A stretch of 64,000 nucleotides of DNA from Macrostomum hystrix (Eukaryota; Animalia; Platyhelminthes), in contig CATNEN010000038.1 in assembly GCA_950097015.1 (NCBI GenBank), forward strand, positions 1,054,001 through 1,118,000, in the 5' to 3' direction. A program made the position numbers and the translations under genes. Below are positions 59,025 through 64,000 of this stretch, in pieces (positions within the stretch are counted from its first letter, which is position 1; the number at the start of each line of letters is the position of its first letter). The notes under the pieces were generated by a model. It ran no database searches, was not told the DNA's origin, and was given only the letters and a program-made list of their open reading frames with translations.

Positions 59025-61092
59025 TCTTTCACTGTCACCCCATTCTTTCACTCTCACCCCATTCTTTCACTGTCACCCCATTCTTTCACTGTCACCCCAT
59101 TCTTTCACTGTCACCCCATTCTTTCACTGTCACCCCATTCTTTCACTCTCACCCCATTCTTTCACTGTCACCCCATTCTTTCACTGTCACCCCATTCTTT
59201 CACTCTCACCCCATTCTTTCACTGTCACCCCATTCTTTCACTGTCACCCCATTCTTTCACTGTCACCCCATTCTTTCACTCTCACCCCATTCTTTCACTG
59301 TCACCCCATTCTTTCACTGTCACCCCATTCTTTCACTCTCACCCCATTCTTTCACTGTCACCCCATTCTTTCACTGTCACCCCATTCTTTCACTCTCACC
59401 CCATTCTTTCACTCTCACCCCATTCTTTCACTGTCACCCCATTCTTTCACTGTCACCCCATTCTTTCACTCTCACCCCATTCTTTCACTGTCACCCCATT
59501 CTTTCACTGTCACCCCATTCTTTCTCTCTCACCCCATTCTTTCACTGTCCCCTCATTCTTTCACTGTCACCCCATTCTTTCACTCTCACCCCATTCTTTC
59601 ACTGTCACCCCATTCTTTCACTCTCACTCCAGTCTTTCACTCTCACTCCATTCTTTCACTCTCACTCCATTCTTTCACTCTCACTCCAGTTTTTCACTCT
59701 CACTCCAGTCTTTCACTGTCACCCCAGTCTTTCACTGTCACCCCAGTCTTTCACTGTCACCCCAGTCTTTCACTCTCACTCCATTCTTTCACTCTCACTC
59801 CATTCTTTCACTCTCACTCCATTCTTTCACTCTCACTCCAGTCTTTCACTGTCACCCCAGTCTTTCACTGTCACCCCAGTCTTTCACTCTCACTCCATTC
59901 TTTCACTCTCACCCCAGTTTTTCACTCTTACTCCAGTCTTTCACTCTCACTCCAGTTTTTCACTCTCACCCCAGTCTTTCACTCTCACTCCAGTTTTTCA
60001 CTCTCACTCCAGTCTTTCACTCTCACTCCAGTCTTTCACTCTCACTTCAGTCTTTCATTTCCACTGCAGTCTTTCACTCTCACTCCATTTTTTCACTCTC
60101 ACTCCAGTATTTCACTCTCACTCCAGTATTTCACTCTCACTCCAGTCTTTCACTCTCACCCCAGTCTTTCACTCTCACTCCAGTCTTTCACTCTCACTCC
60201 AGTCTTTCACTCTCACTCCATTCTTTCACTGTCACCCCATTCTTTCACTCTCACCCCATTCTTTCACTGTCACCCCATTCTTTCACTGTCACCCCATTCT
60301 TTCTCTCTCACCCCATTCTTTCACTGTCCCCTCATTCTTTCACTGTCACCCCATTCTTTCACTCTCACCCCATTCTTTCACTGTCACCCCATTCTTTCAC
60401 TCTCACTCCAGTCTTTCACTCTCACTCCAATCTTTCACTCTCACTCCAGTATTTCACTCCCACTCCATTCTTTCACTCTCACTCCATTCTTTCACTCTCA
60501 CTCCAGTTTTTCACTCTCACTCCATTCTTTCACTCTCACTCCAGTATTTCACTCTCACTCCATTCTTTCACTCTCACTCCATTCTTTCACTCTCACTCCA
60601 GTTTTTCACTCTCACTCCAGTCTTTCACTGTCACCCCAGTCTTTCACTGTCACCCCAGTCTTTCACTGTCACCCCAGTCTTTCACTCTCACTCCATTCTT
60701 TCACTCTCACTCCATTCTTTCACTCTCACTCCATTCTTTCACTCTCACTCCAGTCTTTCACTGTCACCCCAGTCTTTCACTGTCACCCCAGTCTTTCACT
60801 CTCACTCCATTCTTTCACTCTCACCCCAGTTTTTCACTCTTACTCCAGTCTTTCACTCTCACTCCAGTTTTTCACTCTCACCCCAGTCTTTCACTCTCAC
60901 TCCAGTTTTTCACTCTCACTCCAGTCTTTCACTCTCACCCCAGTCTTTCACTCTCACTCCAGTTTTTCACTCTCACTCCAGTTTTTCACTCTCACTCCAG
61001 TCTTTCACTCTCACTCCAGTTTTTCACTCTCACTCCAGTCTTTCACTCTCACTCCAATCTTTCATTTCCACTGCAGTCTTTCACTCTCACCC
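59025..61092. repeat. 19-bp minisatellite (TTCTTTCACTGTCACCCCA variants)
   Basis: About 108 copies with block duplications. Confidence 0.97.
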
Positions 61093-61537
61093 TACCCAAA
61101 TTAAGACCCTAAAAATTGCAATCATGCATTCCAGGCAACGACAAGGCTAGCAAGAATTTTCACAAACGGTAAATAAGTCATTTGTTGACGCAGTCACTCG
61201 AAAGTCTTCCAATTTTCGATGTCACAAAGTAAAACACGGGCGCAAAACTCCATACGCTCGTATTAGTGTAGTCTGACTCGCACAACAGTGCTTGAAGCTA
61301 GCGAATCTCTGAAATTACGCTCGTTTGCTTTGAAAAATGAAGCAAGTTTAAACAAAAACTTTCTAGTCAGCTTTAGGTTACTTTGATTTATGATATTGCG
61401 CTTGATAAGAATTCATGTAATAGCTTCTAAAGAACTTTCCGCATGAACTTATCGCGCACTGCTGCAGAAGTCTTGCTTTATTTTTAGACTTAAATATTAT
61501 TAAAAACGACTTATTAATATCGACTCAACGAGGTCTC

Positions 61538-61845
61538 CATCTCAACAAGATCCCCATCTCAACAAGATCCCCATCTCAGCAAGATCCCCATCTCAACAAG
61601 ATCCCATATCAAGTAGATCCCATATCAAGTAGATCCTATATCAAGTAGATCCCATATCAAGTAGATCCCATATCAAGTAGATCCCATATCAAGTAGATCC
61701 CATATCAAGTAGATACCATATCAAGTAGATCCCATATCAAGTAGATCCCATATCAAGTAGATCCCATATCAAGTAGATCCCATATCAAGTAGATCCCATA
61801 TCAAGTAGATCCCAAATCAAGTAGATCCCATATCAAGTAGATCCC
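61538..61845. repeat. 16/17-bp minisatellite (ATCCCATATCAAGTAG)
   Basis: About 19 copies; the unit drifts from a 17-mer to a 16-mer. Confidence 0.94.
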
Positions 61846-61984
61846 GTTGCAAACACAATCTAACTCCCAGTCAGCGCACTTGTCAGCAGTGATTTCTTGA
61901 GCAACAGCTTCAGTCGCCTCTGGTTCAAGTAGCATTAATCTCACTGCTCAAGTGTCACTCCTTCTGGTGGAACTTGCTCATCCT

Positions 61985-62240
61985 AAACTATGCCATCTTC
62001 TGCCAAACGGTTCTTGAGATTTGACTTCCACGCAGAGTTAGCAAATTCGGTCGGGTTTAGAAATGGTGAATACGGGGTTTGGATTCGTGTCGCAATTCTT
62101 TCCCGATAGCTCTCTCGGATCTCCACATTACGGTGAAAATTTTGGCCATCCATAAAAAAGTTTTGGATACTCCTAACAAGACTGACAAATCCTTCATCGA
62201 CAGTCCACGGTGCAAGGCGGCGACGATGCGCTGTGGATCA
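61985..62240 (-). pseudogene. Tc1/IS630-like (DDE_3) transposase remnant
   Basis: Manual translation gives FFMDGQNFHRN...TPYSPFLNPTEFANSAWKSNLK, with 33 residues between D and E, followed by stops. Not in the ORF track. Confidence 0.6.
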
Positions 62241-62460
62241 CGTACAGATCCACATATACAGATACAGATACATGTACAGATCCACGTATACAGATACAGA
62301 TACATGTACAGATCCACCTGTACAGATACAGATACATGTACAGATCCACCTGTACAGATACAGATACACGTACAGATCCACATGTACAGATACAGATACA
62401 TGTACAGATCCACATGTACAGATACAGATACATGTACACATCCATCTGTACAGATCCACT
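62240..62460. repeat. 32-bp minisatellite (TACAGATCCACATGTACAGATACAGATACATG)
   Basis: About 7 copies. Confidence 0.93.
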
Positions 62461-62823
62461 TGATTTGGGGCGCCATTATCGCTTAACAAATTGAGTTGTC
62501 TATGGCTAACTTTCTCGTGTGAATTCAAATGCTTGGCCATGGAATTCCATCGGCCGTTCCGTTTTGCATGTCCACTGTTCCACATAGCGCGACAAAGCAA
62601 TACTAAATGACAAGCACTGGGCAAATAGGGAAAGACTGCAGAGAAGTGATAATGCGGAAAGACAATCCGGAAATCTCATAGATTCTCAGAGAGAATAAAA
62701 AACGCAAGCCTCCCACCCAAAACTTTCACTTTCATTCTCTCCCAACCAATGACTTTCTTAACTCGGCCATTAGCATTCTTGGAGCCAAGGGTCTCAGAAT
62801 TTGTTTAACTGGCAAGCAGTGCT

Positions 62824-62826
<3 letters not shown>

Positions 62827-62855
<29 letters not shown>
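62827..62855. repeat. (TG)n microsatellite
   Basis: About 14 TG units. Confidence 0.95.
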
Positions 62856-62856
<1 letters not shown>

Positions 62857-63857
62857 TCGGCAAAATCGCCCAGAAAATTGGGCAGAAACTGCCCACCAAC
62901 CCCAGATCCTAGCCATTTTGGCTTACAGTTCGCCTCCCTTTCTGGTTTCCCCCTCCCACCCTGCTCAGGGGCAAGTTGGGAAGGACTGGGGCTATACTCA
63001 GATCTTGCAAATACTGACAGACAGCATTGGGGTTGCTGCATGGTTGGGATCTGGGTATGAGTGGGATCCCCCCAGAGCAAATCGGTCAATCGGCTCCGAC
63101 CAATTCTGATCCCATCGTATATTTTATATCTACCGAATTGGCCTCACATATATCATATAGAACAGTCATTTCCACAGACTGAGACCATTGAGACTCCACA
63201 TCTTCTCCTCGCATTCCCAACATTCGCGTTCAGTTCTGGCTCTCAAATATTTGCTACCAGCGAGCGGCTGAGCTGAAAGTTGAAGGACAGACAGTTTTTG
63301 GTGGCGCGAACAGCTAATTAATCCCAGGACTTCCGTATTCAGGACCCCGTATTCAAATCCCAGGTAGATTTGAACCGAAGCCAGATATACTGCAAAATAC
63401 TCAATAAAGGTAGGATTATCATTGACTGCTTTCATATACGCTGATCAACCACGTGGCCTGGCTAATCTGTGTACTTTTATATAAAGTTAATATTGAAGCT
63501 TCTTTGAAGACAGATCCTCATTAGGATTTAATGAACTATACTATCCATAATCCCGAAACCCAGCCATGCCTACAAAGAGAATTTACTGTAGGATAAGTAC
63601 ATTGTGCTGACTTGATGCGGGAAGTGTCAGCAACGCTACTTTCATCAGACTGCAGCCCTGCGGATTAATGATTAAAACGGAAATTTGATTAGACTAGCTA
63701 CTCGTTGCCCGATAATGAAGAGATGCGACGCGATGACAGCTTTTAGGCAAAGAGAAACGGATGGGACTGCTGGGACTTGCTGGCAAAAGAGGTGAGGTGG
63801 GACAGCGGCATACGGGGGCAGTGGGAAACAAGAGGCTGCTAGAGAGCGGGAAAGATA

Positions 63858-64000
63858 TAGTGGGAGAGGTAAAGAGGGAGAGAATGAGAGTGGGAGAGGT
63901 AAAGAGGGAGAGAATGAGGGGGGGAGAATGAGAGTGGGAGAGGTAAAGAGGGAGAGAATGAGGGGGGAGAATGAGAGTGGGAGAGGTAAAGAGGGAGAGA
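63858..64000. repeat. Purine-rich tandem repeat (GAGTGGGAGAGGTAAAGAGGGAGAGAAT), runs off the window end
   Basis: 4 visible copies. Confidence 0.9.

Noticed and set aside
59002-61104. 700-aa His/Ser/Phe-rich ORF, and similar ORFs at 44900-47342 and 57575-58876
   Set aside because: Stop-free pyrimidine-rich or low-complexity minisatellites with no domain or credible splice context.

Overview
Eukaryotic, intron-rich invertebrate DNA. The gene structure, innexins and very high minisatellite load point to a free-living flatworm such as Macrostomum (inference only). Ten genes can be reconstructed by joining exons at splice sites: PDE1 (16 coding exons, one GC-AG intron), a chromoshadow-only HP1-like gene, DHRS4, innexin A (+), NDUFB7, a DCC/DUF393 thiol-disulfide oxidoreductase, glutamate dehydrogenase, a type II membrane coiled-coil protein, a secreted or GPI-anchored mucin-like protein, and innexin B (-). 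Mobile DNA comprises a 5'-truncated LOA/I-group LINE with a 13-bp TSD, two tRNA-derived SINE families, an internally deleted Merlin transposon with an 8-bp TSD, a hAT-like MITE and a Tc1/IS630 remnant. About 27 different minisatellites (16-40 bp units) cover roughly a third of the window and explain most of the long low-complexity ORFs in the track. Best leads: (1) the DCC gene has no in-frame genomic ATG but an in-frame TTTCAG acceptor, so its start codon may come from the AUG-ending flatworm spliced leader, inside a candidate mitochondrial operon GDH-DCC-NDUFB7; (2) two inverted innexin paralogs share a 662-bp near-identical tract but have different N- and C-termini; (3) a 'half-HP1' with no chromodomain and substitutions on its PxVxL-binding surface. 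All coordinates and counts were read by eye.
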